Source of the DNA: Zygnema circumcarinatum SAG 698-1b
Taxonomy: Eukaryota; Plantae; Zygnematophyceae
Assembly (NCBI GenBank): GCA_037447605.1
Contig: CM074805.1
Span: 1,645,361-1,709,360, forward strand
DNA length: 64,000 bases
Direction: 5' to 3'
A program made the translations under genes and the position numbers. The notes under the pieces are model-generated. The model was not told the DNA's origin and made no database searches. It saw only the letters and a list, made by a program, of their open reading frames with translations. This document shows, one piece after another, positions 50,855-63,459 of the stretch (its first letter is position 1; the number at the start of each line of letters is the position of its first letter).

Positions 50855-51755
50855 TGTGTGTCGTGTGTGTGTGTGTGTGTGTGTGTATTTTCGTGTGTGA
50901 CTTTTACAAACAAAAAAGTCAACAAACTAACAAGTCAGTCAGTCAGTCAGTCAGTCAGTCAGTCAGTCAGTCAGTCAGACCGTGAGTGTGTCTGTCAGTC
51001 AGTCATTCAGAAGTCAGTCAGTGTTTGTCAGTCAGTCGGCCAGTCAGTCAGTCAGCTAGGTTGTCCGTCCATAGTCAGTCAGTCCTCTGGACTTAAAAGA
51101 TTTTACAGTCCTCTGGACTTTAAAGAGAAATCGCTGGAAATCGCTGGAAATCGCTGGAAATCGCTGGAAATCGCTGGAAATTTTGAAAAGCTGGAAATTT
51201 TAAAATCCTGGACATCTGGAAATTTGGACATTTCGCAGTTTTGAAAATTACCAAAAAAAAAAAAAAAAAAAAAAATGATAAAAATGACATCATGATGTAC
51301 ATAACGTTCGTACTTACGCTTGACTTATGTGTTTTATAGCAAATAACCATGGACAGATTTCGGAAGGACCCGGTCCTGGAGATGACGATGTTCAAAAAGA
51401 TCGAGAAAATTTCGGAAACATAAGATCATGATGAAAAAAGGTTCGTACTTACGCTCACACTCTTGCATTGTATAGCAAATAACCCTGGAAAGATTTCGGA
51501 AGGACCCGGTCCTGGATATAGCGATGTTCGAAAAGATCGAAAAAATTTCGGAAACATAAGATCTTCATGAAAAAAGGTCCGTACTTACGCTCACACCCAT
51601 GTATTGTATAGCAAATAACCCTGGAAAGATTTCGGAAGGACCCGGTCCTGGATATGGTGATGTTCGCATTCTTTACATTTTCTTCATCATTTTCTTCATC
51701 TTTTTCTTCATCATTTTCTGATTTTTTTTTTTTTTTTCATTTTTTGTGCGTGTGA

Positions 51756-51786
<31 letters not shown>

Positions 51787-51804
51787 TGTGTGTGTGTGGG
51801 TGAA

Positions 51805-51841
<37 letters not shown>

Positions 51842-51975
51842 GAGTATTTTCGTGTGTGACTTTTACAAACAAAAAAAAAAAAACAAAAAATCAAACTAAT
51901 AAATACAACATGAGGCCACATGTTGTAATATTTAGATTGATTATGTTTTTTTTTTTCTTTTTCTGTGAGTGTGAA

Positions 51976-52011
<36 letters not shown>

Positions 52012-52665
52012 AGAGAGAGTGTGTGTGTGTGGGTGAATGTGTGTGTGTGTGTGTGTGAGTGTGTGTGTGGGTGTGTGTGTGTGTGTGTGTGTGTGTTTGT
52101 GTGTGTGTGTATTTTTGTGTGTGACTTTTACAAACAAAAAAACAAAAAACAAAAAATCAAACTAATATATACAACATGAGGCCACATGTTGTAATATTTA
52201 GATTGATTGTGTTTTTTTTTTTATCCACACACAAACTGCAAGACAGAATGTGGCCACATTCTGTCGGCGCAGTTTGTGTGTGGTTTTTTTTTGGTTTTTT
52301 TCCCATTTTAGGGCTACGTGGCAACACCTGATTGGATAACAGACATCCAAAAACACACTACAGTACCAACGTGGCAATTTCTGACTGGATAAGAATTATA
52401 ACTAATTCCGTTCGTGCTCATGTTGTAATATTTAGATTGATTTTTTATTTTTGTTAAAAAACCACACACAAACTGCGAAAACAGAATGAGGCCTCATTCT
52501 GTTTTCGCAGTTTGTGTGTGGTTTTTTTTTGGTTTTTTTCCCATTTTAGGGCTACGTGGCAACACCTGACTGGATAACAGACATTCAAAAACACACTACA
52601 TTTCCAAGGTGGCAATTTTTGACTGGATAAGAAGTATAACAGATTCCGTTCGTGCTAACAAATAG

Positions 52666-53190
52666 GAATGCACCACGTGGCCACTTTAAACACTCTGCGC
52701 AAATACCCTATTTACAACAATACGTCCCGTAAAACATTCAAACCAAAAACTGTCGTACATAGAAAAAGACACGTGGCAATGACAAAATCAGTACGCGATA
52801 TACCCCATTTTCTACGCATTCGATCCGACGAAACGCACAACCAATCAGAACGCGCGACGTGGCAACGTCAGACTCGCGGAAATTATACCCCAATTTCATT
52901 AAATTCATCCTTCACAACCTAACCGAATCCGTACGCCACATAAAACACGCCGTCGTACGTACAAAGTGACACGTGGCAATGACAGAATAAGTACGCGATC
53001 TACCCCATTTTCGGCGCATTCGATCCAACGAAAAGCACAACCAGTAAGGACGCGCAACGTGGCAAAGTCAGACTCGCGGCAACTATACCCCATTTTCATT
53101 AAATTAATCTTTGACAACATAATCGAACCCGTCGTACGGATCAAAACGACCGCAAAGCTTTTGCCTACGGCAACGCAAAAAAAAAAAAAA
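52666..53190 (+). repeat. About 520-bp dimeric repeat, copy 2, ending in a poly(A) run
   Basis: Homologous to 48368-48897; ends cggcaacgc followed by about 14 A. Confidence 0.85.
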
Positions 53191-53672
53191 AGTGGCTCCT
53201 GGTTGGGAGAGCATAATAATAGAGTAAGGTCATCAAAACCATCTCAGAAGGAATTGACGTAAAAAGGCATAATTTCCAGCTACAGTCGGCATTTCTCCAT
53301 CCCCGTCTTACAATCCTGTCACTTGAAAGTGCTCGAGGCAGAAGGGTTTATAAAAAAAAGAAGAAAACTGGAACAGCCTTTGGAGGCTTCCCCCAGCATC
53401 GAGGGGCATTGCTGCCAAATAATATAGACAAGAATAATTTTCAGATTACCGGATTACAGTAATACGACAGTGAAACATCGAATTCTAGCTAGAATTGCAG
53501 CTCGATTTTGGCTTAAAACGCCATCAGAAATATCCCACGTTACCCTTACTACAATCAATAGAGCTGCACCTAACCAATTTCTTCACGAAAGTTCCCTGCT
53601 TGAAGCGTCAACTAATACAAAGCCCTCGGCATAATCACTTCCGGCTGTGCTTTACAGCCTCCCCATTCGCCC

Positions 53673-56600
53673 TCAGGCTGAAGCGACCCGAGGCTGCTCG
53701 GTGTGAGGAAAGGCATCGGCTTGGCTCTCCTCCGGCCCGAAGCAGTAGCGGTCGTAGACTTCGAGGAGCATCTCCCTGCAGGGCACGGTGGCGCGCAGCT
53801 TGATGCAGGCGAGGAAGGAGCCCGACAGCTTGCGGTGGAGGCTGTAGGCGTCTTCTGGAGGAGGGGTCAGCCGATGTCTCAACATCGTGCTGCCGAGATC
53901 CGTGACTCTGCATACAATCCATGAAGGGAGAAGGATAAGGTCGCCTTCAGATGCCAAAGTGGAACACATAGTACAGAGGCAGATTGCATCGAATGCATAA
54001 GACATTAGTGCTCCACATTGCGGTAAAGATTAAGCTGGCATGACATCCAGTGAAAGTGGTCCATTCAGGCCCCACATATCCACGCTATTTTAGCAGTTGC
54101 ATACCGAGTAAACTTGTAATCATCGACAATATGCTGAATTCGACAACAAGTATTCCAGATCCACTCTTCAGTGGGAACGTAGTTAGGGCGAGGAGGAATA
54201 CCTCTCTCCAGTAAGACTAACACGGCAACAAATGACGGACTCAGTATCCCAAGTTTTGCAAAGAAGCCAATGCCACTCGTGGTTTGAAGTAAGCAGATTC
54301 ATCAGCTTAGCAGACAAACTTCGATCAATCAAAGAACCACCTCAATTGCACGTGTCTCTTCTCACACCCACGAGCTATTTTGGGCGAATGTGCCCGATGT
54401 TCAGCGCCCGTAAGGTCAGATAGAACAGTGACGGCGGCAAACACACAATCCAAAGCGCTAGGTTCACACCCGGAGCCCACCTGCGAGTGAGGCCGGGTAG
54501 CCGGAAATCGTAGCCTCCAAGTTTGGAAAAGGGTAAGCCCACAGTGAAGCCCGCCTCTGTGTGCGCATCAAGCAGAATCCGCGACTCCTCTCCCGTTAAG
54601 AACCCGAGGCGACGTGACATCTCGAGCACCTCTTCTCTGTTTCTGTCGGCACACGCTCGCACCTGTCGGCTCGGGACGACAACATGGTAAGCGATATAAG
54701 CAAAAGAAGCAGAATGCTGTAGCTCCATAGAGGTAACCCACCCCCTTGTTCCCCATCTGGAAATAGCGTTTCATGCTTTAAGAAGCAAGATTCGGTTGAG
54801 TCGTCCCAGCTTCAAAGTCTCACATTGCTAGAGCAAGACTTTCTATACAGCCTTAATTTTAAAGTTATCGGCATTTGACTGGCATTCTGTTGAGTCTCAG
54901 CGAGCAATACCTTAGGACTTCATTCACAGACTACTTGTGCAGTGAATAGCAATAATTTCTTCTGAGCGAGACTTTAGCCTGGGTTTATGTTGAAAGGGAG
55001 AAGCCATGCACAAGATGCATTCCAGATAGTTCACAGACATCTACATTTGAAACGTACCATGCGGATATAATCGTCCACAAATGGCTTAGGGAATGCTCGA
55101 GCAGCCCCAAAATCAATGAGGTGGATGGTGTCTGTCCGCTCGTCGTACAGGAAATTGCCCCAGTTTGGATCTGTCTGCAGAGCAAAGCAACATTTCAATC
55201 GTTGACGATACATTAATAAAGAGAACTACAAATATAAACAAGAATTGTACTCACCCCAATCCAAGTCAGAAAATGGAAATCACTTGAATCGACTGTCTCC
55301 AACTCAGACTTCAAGAATACATGTGGAAGCAATAGCTGTGATAATGGCATCTCTCCTAATGATGTTTGGACTATCCCAGAACAACTGTGGCGCGTAAGTG
55401 TTCAGATTCTTATATCTACTAGGAGGCAGATGCGACGAGATACAGGTATGTTTTGTAAGCCATATTAACTCGAGTGAGCATTTTTCCTGTAGCTCTGTAG
55501 GTATGCTATGAACAGAGTACACGTGCTCACAAGCAAATAACTAAGGATGCTTCATACGAAACGACACGCATAGTTCTGTGAATGGCGACCTTCTGCCATG
55601 GATTTGGTGCGAATTGCAGACCTGCATGAAGCGGAACTCGAAGAGCTCCAACAGCGTAAGGTGCAGAATCCGGTTAGCAACGCTGTTCCGCACTTTCTCG
55701 CTCATCTCTGCGGTCTTGTCAATGGACTCGCCTGCAGCAATCGAGGAAAAGGGAGTTCAAGTTTCGGCCCCATTCCACCTCCTTGGATCGACCATCCATG
55801 CTTGGACCCCCCATGGAGGCAAATTACAGGGCTCGTGGAATCCCCAAAATAAGAGTACGCACCTGGAACGAGCTCTGTAGTGAGGACCTTCTGGCTTGAT
55901 AACTCATCAATGACACGTGGTACATTAAACCCCTTCCGCCCCTTCATCAATTCTCTGAAGTGCTTCTGACTCGTTGCCTCTAACTCGTAGTCACACTCTC
56001 GAGCCAACTCCACCTTTGCCACCTGCCACGCGACAGAAAGCTGCCTTGAGATGTGGATAACCGCAGGGGCAGCCAAAGAGTGGGGTGATAAACTGCAGCG
56101 GAGCATGAACTGGAGCAGACAAGGGCGATGAGCAGCTGCTTACTTTCACAGCCTCGTCCAGATACAACTGCTTGGGGATAACGTTAGTGTACGTAAGGAG
56201 GCGCTTCAGGTTATCGATATCGCTGTCGATACTCTCTGCCACGCCCGGATATTGTACTTTCATGGCCACCTCCCGCCCATCCAATAGGACCGCCCTGTGC
56301 ACCTGAAAGCCAAAGCAGTGGGGACATCCACCCTCACTACCTTGCAAGTGCTTCTCTCACCATTGAGAGAACGATCTTCTTTTCACACCAAAGATTGACT
56401 CTGGAACAGATCTACAAGCTTGCAATACTGCAAAAAAGGCGTTCGAAACAATGGAGAATGGGATAGCGCTGGCAGGCGATGGAGGAAGACAGGAAAGGGG
56501 GATTGGGAGAAGGAGAGGAATCGAAAAAAGGCGGAATGAGAGGGGGGTAGGGCCAGGAGAAATGGGAACGGGTGAGAGGAGCAGGAGAAAAACGGGGACG

Positions 56601-59231
56601 GGACGGAAAGGAAGAGCTGGGGACAATTGAAAAATGGAGAGAAAGGGCGAGAGGAAGACTCGGGAGTGAATGTTTGGGTTGATGGCTACGCTTCCCGTAT
56701 TCACTCACCTGCCCAATGCTTGCAGCTGCCATTGGCTGTGGATCAAAGTGAGCAAGTTTAGATTTCCAGTCAGGCCCCAACTCCTTGCTCAAAACTTTCT
56801 CCAGCTGCCGTCGAGGCATGACATCAGCACCCTGCCTTACACGATCTAATGCAGCCAGCACCTGCATCGCGAAGAGTGTAGTTACTCGCACCACAAAATA
56901 GTAATGATTTCAGCATTCAATCCTTTCAAAAAAAGGGCCAACCTCGTGAATTTTCAGTTTCAAACATATCTGTCGAAGTTTCCCGGCTGTGGTCAACACA
57001 GCGAGGTTCATCCCCAACTAAGCTGCCTCGATTCTTCCCCTAACCTCTCCAAATAAATTTCTAACAAATATCGAATTCTGCATCTCTGCTTACCTGGGGT
57101 GGAACTATGGATTCGTCCTGAATGCTCAGCATCTGCCCAAGCTTCAATGCAGCTCCGCGCATTCGACAAAGCCCCAAGGCAATCCGCTCTGCGTTTGCCT
57201 CTGTCAGGAAAGGGCTGTAAATTGCTCCCCCATTGGAGCTTCCTTGGGGAGACTCCCCCTGCCACAGGCGGCGAGCAGACTCTTGCAAAGTTCCCAGCGC
57301 CAAACTCGCTCCGATCCCAGCAAATCTGGACATTCAAGCATCGCTGGAAATGTCTGAATTCGAATTCTTCAGGCATTCAGGCTGTTCAGCATGAATGCCG
57401 AGTGTGCCCATCGTCAGGACTAGGCTTGTCAATGCCATGATCGAGGACATGTCGACGGACACTGGCACCCATGGCTGGCGTCAGGCTGTTCAGCATGAAT
57501 TAGCACAAAAAAACGTGATTGAAATGAAATGTTCAACCTTCTAGCAAACATGACGAGCGCAGCATATTCTATCACCAAAATGGTGTCACACAGTCCTAAG
57601 CAACAACATGGTCTTGACAATTTCCTAGCCCGTACTCACCCGATAACCCTCCCAATCTGCGTCGACGGGACACTCCTCTCGCGAGGCTGAAATTTCATCA
57701 TCTTGGCTCGCCCAATATGTGGAGTCGACTGGTTTAATCTTTCCCCTTCTGTAAGTACAGGAGATACGCCCGACTTGTCATGAATGTCAGACTTTTTGTC
57801 ATATTCTCCACCTGCCGTTGGCGAAGCGCTATCGTGCAAGTTCGCTTCGTTAGCTGCCTTATCAGCCGTGTTATTCAAGATCCCGTTACCATGTCGCTCG
57901 TGTTCGACGGCAAAGCCTGAGTTTGAATGGCCAACATCATCAAGGGTCCTTAAGCCTGCCTGGCATCACATGGCAAGAACAACGAAATAACTCAGAGAAA
58001 GAAAGAGACAGGGTAGAATAGTTTATAGCCAAAGTTTCCGTTTTTTCCAACCCGCTCTTTTCTGGGAGAATTTGATTATGAGACACAAGATTGCCAAAAG
58101 ATCAGCTTTCTAGTATTCTCACCGTTGTTGTCGTTTAAAGATGAAATGGGAACAAACTGAGGAATACAACGCTTCACACTCCGTGAAGAGTAGGGACATC
58201 ATCCAAAGGTGAGCGTAGGCACTAACTTAGGTGCTTGGGATAATTGCAAAAAATGTCCGTTAAGCTATTAAGAACAAGGTGGAAGCAGACAAAATATACA
58301 AAGTAAAATTTCTCTACCGCCAACCAGCTGCGTATATTCTCAAACCAAGGACATCGACAAACGTTCCCTAGAGGTCGTCAAGGCTATAATTTGCACTTAG
58401 GCACCATATTGACCCCTCCATGTGTTCTTCACGAATGTATTGACGTAACTCAGTTGACCTATACAAGGCAGCCCTCCATTTCAAAGAAGAGCATAGTTGC
58501 ATAACTCTCAAGTAGACCTGAAAACCGTCAACTGCTATTAGCTGATAGCCATTTTTAAAGAGGTCATTAACAATGACCTGTGCAACTTAAAAAATCTCAA
58601 TCTTTCACCACGGCGTTAGTGAAAGAAAAGATTCACGATTTAACAACTCAGTTTGATTTCTACATGCTAAATTAATCGAAGCCTATACTACCAGAACCAG
58701 GGACTCGTGACTGGTCTCGTTATCGCTTCAGTGATTGATCCATGAGTGGGAAGCTGAGAACCAGGAAAAAGTGTTACTTCGAAAGAACCAGATAAGTTCA
58801 CTTCCTTGCATCCCTTGTTCATTCTTTCAACCCCACTCTCATACATAAATGCTTCGTCTGCAAACCTGTGAATCGTCCAGCATCCGCGCAAAATTAGCAT
58901 CAGCTCCTCCACCTTCAACGCCTCCCATGCTTCCCGCTTCTCTACGATCCTCCACCTGTACTCCTCCTCCAGGCTGCGCCATGGCTTTCTGAATGCCACC
59001 AGCTGGCCTATTGTCTTGTAACCGCTCCTCTTTAATCTCGTCATACCTCCCTACTTCAGCTACCTCTCCCCAACGCCTACCTCCTCCTGGAAAGGGAACT
59101 GCAAAAACTCCGACGCTGTCTCTCAGGGAGCGCAGAGAATGTGAGGCCACTAGAGCCAGCCCAGCCGCTAGCCGTGCGCCGTCTTCTACCACGAGAGGCA
59201 GCAGGCGAGAGGCCGTGTTCGCCGCAGCCAT
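53673..59231 (-). CDS. COQ8: Mitochondrial ABC1/COQ8 atypical kinase (ubiquinone biosynthesis), multi-exon
   Basis: [26 protein letters not shown]...[27 protein letters not shown]/...[59 protein letters not shown]/.../[19 protein letters not shown]/.../[23 protein letters not shown]. KxGQ and AAAS motifs are typical of COQ8. ATG at 59231 ([11 protein letters not shown]). Confidence 0.92.
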
Positions 59232-59728
59232 GGCTGCCTTCCCCCTTCCCTTGCCCTGCCTCCTGCCCTGCCCTGCCCAAGCCCCGGCCAGCTGCCAGGA
59301 CGTCGGCGCCTCCTCGCTTGCGCTTGCCCTCCTCCTGTAGGGGGAGCCAAGGGAGCTCCGGCGCAGAAGGTGCCACGTGGCGCGCCCTCCGCGAATGAAG
59401 GAAGCTGACGTGGTGACCCGAGAGAACGACAATAACGGTCGTGTTCACACGCATGGGACTCTTATGGCCTGGAACTGAAGAAGTCCAATGAAGAGTCGTC
59501 ACGTGTACAAATTACACGTGGCAGGACTTGAATGGCCAGCTCGACACTGTCGGTAGTATGCAAGTGCCAACCGTTGAACAAATCGCAGCCTTTTTAGCGG
59601 CAGCCAATGATGGCTTGCCACGTAGGCATATATGTATACGTGACATGCTCTGATTGGCCAATCTGGCCAAGAAGTCCAATGAAGGGCCTGCCACCCTGAG
59701 GCCATAGTTCTGTGCAGCAGCGAAGGCC
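59232..59728. promoter_or_regulatory. Putative bidirectional promoter between COQ8 and the methyltransferase
   Basis: About 500-bp head-to-head spacer with palindromic G-box GCCACGTGGC (59372-59381), further ACGT cores (about 59406, 59500, 59515, 59620, 59637), palindromic double CCAAT ATTGGCCAAT (59653-59662) and a duplicated GAAGTCCAATGAAG (59480, 59671). Confidence 0.5.
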
Positions 59729-62700
59729 ATGGCCATGGCCTTGCAGGGAGAGGCAATGGCCCTCCGCCATGGCGCCTCGCCGCTGCGCCACTGGCAGCAG
59801 GGCGGGGCTGGCGCGCCCAGGCTCGGCTGCTCCCGTGAAGGCGCGCTTGCCTCCGGATTCAGAAAGGGTCAGCTTCGGCTGCAAGAGAGGTGGAAGGAGG
59901 GAGCAGAGGGGACGAGGATGAGAGTTCACCGGCGAGGTGGAGGATTTAGGGTTACGTTTGGTCTGCAGGAAAATATCTTCAAGTCATTGGGGTTTCGCGT
60001 GAAGGGAAAGGAGGAAGCAGACGAGCAGCCGGTGGGAAAGGATATTGTGGTTGGAGGGGCGTACGAGGGGGGTAAGTCCTGCTCTTCAAGCTCTGGAGGC
60101 AGCAAGGAAGGTCCAATAGAGGATGTGATGAGAGGGGAACGGAGGGAGGTGCGCAATGGTTGTTTTCCATCAGAGCCAACTGTACTTCCAATGTTGTCCC
60201 ACACACTCGATTGTTGCAATGGTGATAAAGTATAAGTTGTGGCGAGTCACGCTTGAAATGTTGAGTTTCCAATCGTGCCTCTGACAAATTATTTCTCTCA
60301 CCCCACGCGGACCGATGTTGTTGTGTATCTACCCTTCTATCATGTGGGGATCACGTGTGTGTTCAGTCTTGAGAGCGGCTGAAAAAAGACTTACATGTCC
60401 GAGAGCAAGATGACGATAAAGGCTCTTTGTCTCCTCATTCCACGCGTTTTCACATTGTTCTCTAAGTTCATGGATTGTTGAAGCTCCTTGACTGACTAAA
60501 AGAGGTGTTTTTGGTCGTTTGTCTCCCTTTCTTTTGGCTGTCGTTTGGTGTTTCAGATTACGATCTACGCGTACTGGCCCATGAAATCTCAGAATACAAT
60601 GCTATCACGGTACGCCAATCACGCACATCAGTGTTGTTCCGTAATTCTCTGTGTTTTCATGACTTCTATTGTTCCAATGTTCTTGGTTTTTATTTTCAAG
60701 AATCTTCCGTAAGACGCTGAGAATTTGCAGTTTCTTTGAAGGAGCTCATTCGTTAGTTGGGCAGCGGCAGATTGATTTACTGTTTTAGAGGAGGGGGTCT
60801 GCGAGAGCGTACAACAGGTGTTGGAGGTCGCAAGGAGAGCAGACCATCCTATGGCCGGATCACGCGTGCTTCTTTTGGATGCGCCTGGAAACATCCACAG
60901 TGTATACGACCCCTTCAAGGTGACAAGCTGTTTCGACAGCATTTACGAACCTCAAAAGGTGATGTTAGCAGGTCTGTAGGTTTGCAAGATTGCATTCCTG
61001 TTTCACAAGTCATAGATTTCTTTATGGTTTTTCTGGCAATAGCATTTAATTTTAGATCCGCCAATTATTGTGGACCTTGGCTGCACTTCTACATTCACTC
61101 GTGGAGCATTCTTAGTATGGGAGTCAACTCTAATTCCAAATGTGAACCCTAGGGCGTGCGTGATTGTCTGTTTGAAACTGGTCGCCTCTTCAGTCTCATC
61201 GCCTTGAAATTTTTACCTCATTGGCATAAGATCCATATCGACCTCACCTTCTAAATTTCAATTTGCTAGGAAACGTCTCCAACACTAGACCGAACCAGAA
61301 AATTTTGTTCATTATTTTCAAGTGAGTACTGAATAAGTACTTAAACTCTGACAGTTATTGCATTCTATTTTAGTCTGAATCTTAGCCTAGATCCAGAGGT
61401 ATTTATGTCAAGTATATTGAAGGATTCTTATTAAGAGCAATCCGCTTCACTCGCTCATTCAGAATAATCCTTTCTCGGCGGAAAGAGACAAGTTTTCCCT
61501 TCCAAAGGCAGAGAAACTGTGTGTTGCTAAGATTCTGGCTGCACTGTGTCGCTGTACTTTTGAGATGGCTGAGTCTATTACCCATAGAACGGTATACTGT
61601 ATAGTTGTATGCTTCGGACGTATTTGTGGAACCATCTATGGAATATAGTACACGCTCGTTTTTTCCATGCCAAACACCTCAGCAGCTTTACGAATTTGTG
61701 TATCCGTTCTCTGACGAGCTGATGTCTGAGCTGCATCTTGACTTGATTTATAAGAGTAAAGCCAACGAAGATAAAGCAAATAACTTGCTTGTTCCCCTCG
61801 TTGAATTCAAAATTTTGCAGCTTTGGACAGATAGTTACTACGATGTGTTCGCCGTTTTTCCTCCACTCCTTCCGGAAGGTCCAATTGCGTTACTGGGATT
61901 GGCCGGAGGTACCGCTCCTCGGTGAGGACTACTACTACTGCATTTCTCATGCTTCACAGGTGGCACACTGAGCCCTGGTTTGTTACCTCTAGATACTGCT
62001 CCTTTTTGGTATCTCTTGAGGTGTGAGGTCGAGATCAATGACGGCCGCAATCGGCAACAACTCCTGGCTTGAGAAGCTTTATTTGCATGTTTGTTTGTTT
62101 TCATGTCCTCCTTGTAATTGCTGAACGTGATGCTTGTCTAATGAGATCACTGCCTTTCCTTGTGCGCAGGTTGCTGCTGCAGCTGTGGTCATGGCTGGAG
62201 ATCCATGGCTGGGAGCTCGATCCTGCTGTGATTAACGTGGCGCGAAAATACTTTGATCTTTCAGAGCTCGAGTATGTGAAAGAGACTGGGCACAAAAGCG
62301 GCTCTGATGAGGATGAAAGGAAACCACCGAGGGAGAGTGCAGTGGCGAGTCCCCAGAATGCAGCCAGGCTCGAGGCAGCGAAAAAGGATTGGAAAGTTCT
62401 TTTTGAGAATGGTGATTATTCTGAGGAACAAAAGAAGGCGCGTGAGGGCCATTTGGTAGTGCACATAGGAGACGCATTTGCAGAAGAAGCAACCATAGAA
62501 GGTGGATTTGCTGGCATCTTAGTTGATTGCTTTTCAGAAGGAATAGTTGTCCCACAACTTCAACAGGAGGCTGTGTGGGAGCGATTGAAGAAGCGGCTCA
62601 GACCAGGAGGACGAATAATGGTCAACTGTGCAGGCGGATGTGTCGAAGGCACAGACGCTAATGGAAAGGTTTGAGTTTCGTCCTTTACACCAGTCTTAAA

Positions 62701-63250
62701 TCAGAATGTATCACTTTAATAACCTTCTGGACCTTTTCAGAATTGCTTGATCCGTTTTATCTATGGTATTCTTCATGGAATGACAGTATCCATGAGGTAC
62801 ATGTTTGCTTGTAGTAAGGAGGTAAGCAATTGGCCGCCTTTTGAGCTTCAGAGCGTTTCACCTTCTCGTCAAGTTTGAACTTTTCCCAAATTTGAAGGTA
62901 CTTAGATATTGATCAGGAGACTTCATTCTCACTTCCTTTCTATTGCGGTGGTTTTTTAGAGGAGCAGGCGGAAGGTATGACTAACGCAAATATGTGCTGG
63001 GATTTTGGTGCAGGGTGGTGAAGCTTTAATGTTGGAAACTGTTATGGCTCTCAGTAATGTATTTGAGGGTGAAGTATTCTGCCAACGGATTGATGGGGAA
63101 TATGGCAACGTTATGGCGTGTACAGGCCCCCCGCCAAACGTAGCATTTTGGCAAGACAATGTGCCGGAAGTATTGATGCCTTATGTAGAGAGCTGGATGT
63201 CAAGCCAAGATTTTTTATCGACCAATAAAGTCGTCCAAGTGCAGGGATGA
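59729..63250 (+). CDS. Plastid-targeted SAM-dependent methyltransferase, spermidine-synthase-like (At5g63100-like), multi-exon
   Basis: DYDLRVLAHEISEYNAIT/VLEVARRADHPMAGSRVLLLDAPGNIHSVY/LWTDSYYDVFAVFPPLLPEGPIALLGLAGGTAPR/LLLQLW..IHGWELDPAVI..HIGDAF..GILVDCFSEG..LRPGGRIMVNCAG/GGEALMLETV...QG*. SAM-binding motifs GLAGG, ELD, GDA and VD are present. Confidence 0.85.
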
Positions 63251-63459
63251 CTCGCACACAGTTTGGAAGAATTTCAAAACTTGCACCCTTTATCGGTGAA
63301 TGTTGTGTACTTTCAGTTTCAATTCACTTTTCCCGTGCCAGATGCCCCCGTTTTTGTGAAAGAGGACGGCCCGATATGCGTGTCAGGCAGGAAAACTTAC
63401 GAATCTGGTTCAGGCGGGCAGACCCAAGCAAGGCAGATATTCCCAGGCAGGTAGGACCA

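Larger units (their letters stand above)
48340..53190. repeat. Composite non-coding repeat block of nested tandem arrays, microsatellites and palindromes
   Basis: Contains a 113-bp GA-rich dimer (about 50470-50695), (TCAG)n/(TG)n (50710-51080), (GAAATCGCTG)x5 (about 51127-51180), three about 135-bp units (51309, 51444, 51580), two about 266-bp TG-rich units (51860, 52126) and two about 240-bp units (52225-52650). Confidence 0.85.

Noticed and set aside
51127-51670. CRISPR-like array (10-bp and about 135-bp repeats)
   Set aside because: The units repeat end to end with no unique spacers, there are no cas genes, and the context is eukaryotic.
50620-52180. ORFs with CVCV or HTHT runs
   Set aside because: They are (TG)n and (TCAG)n microsatellite translations.
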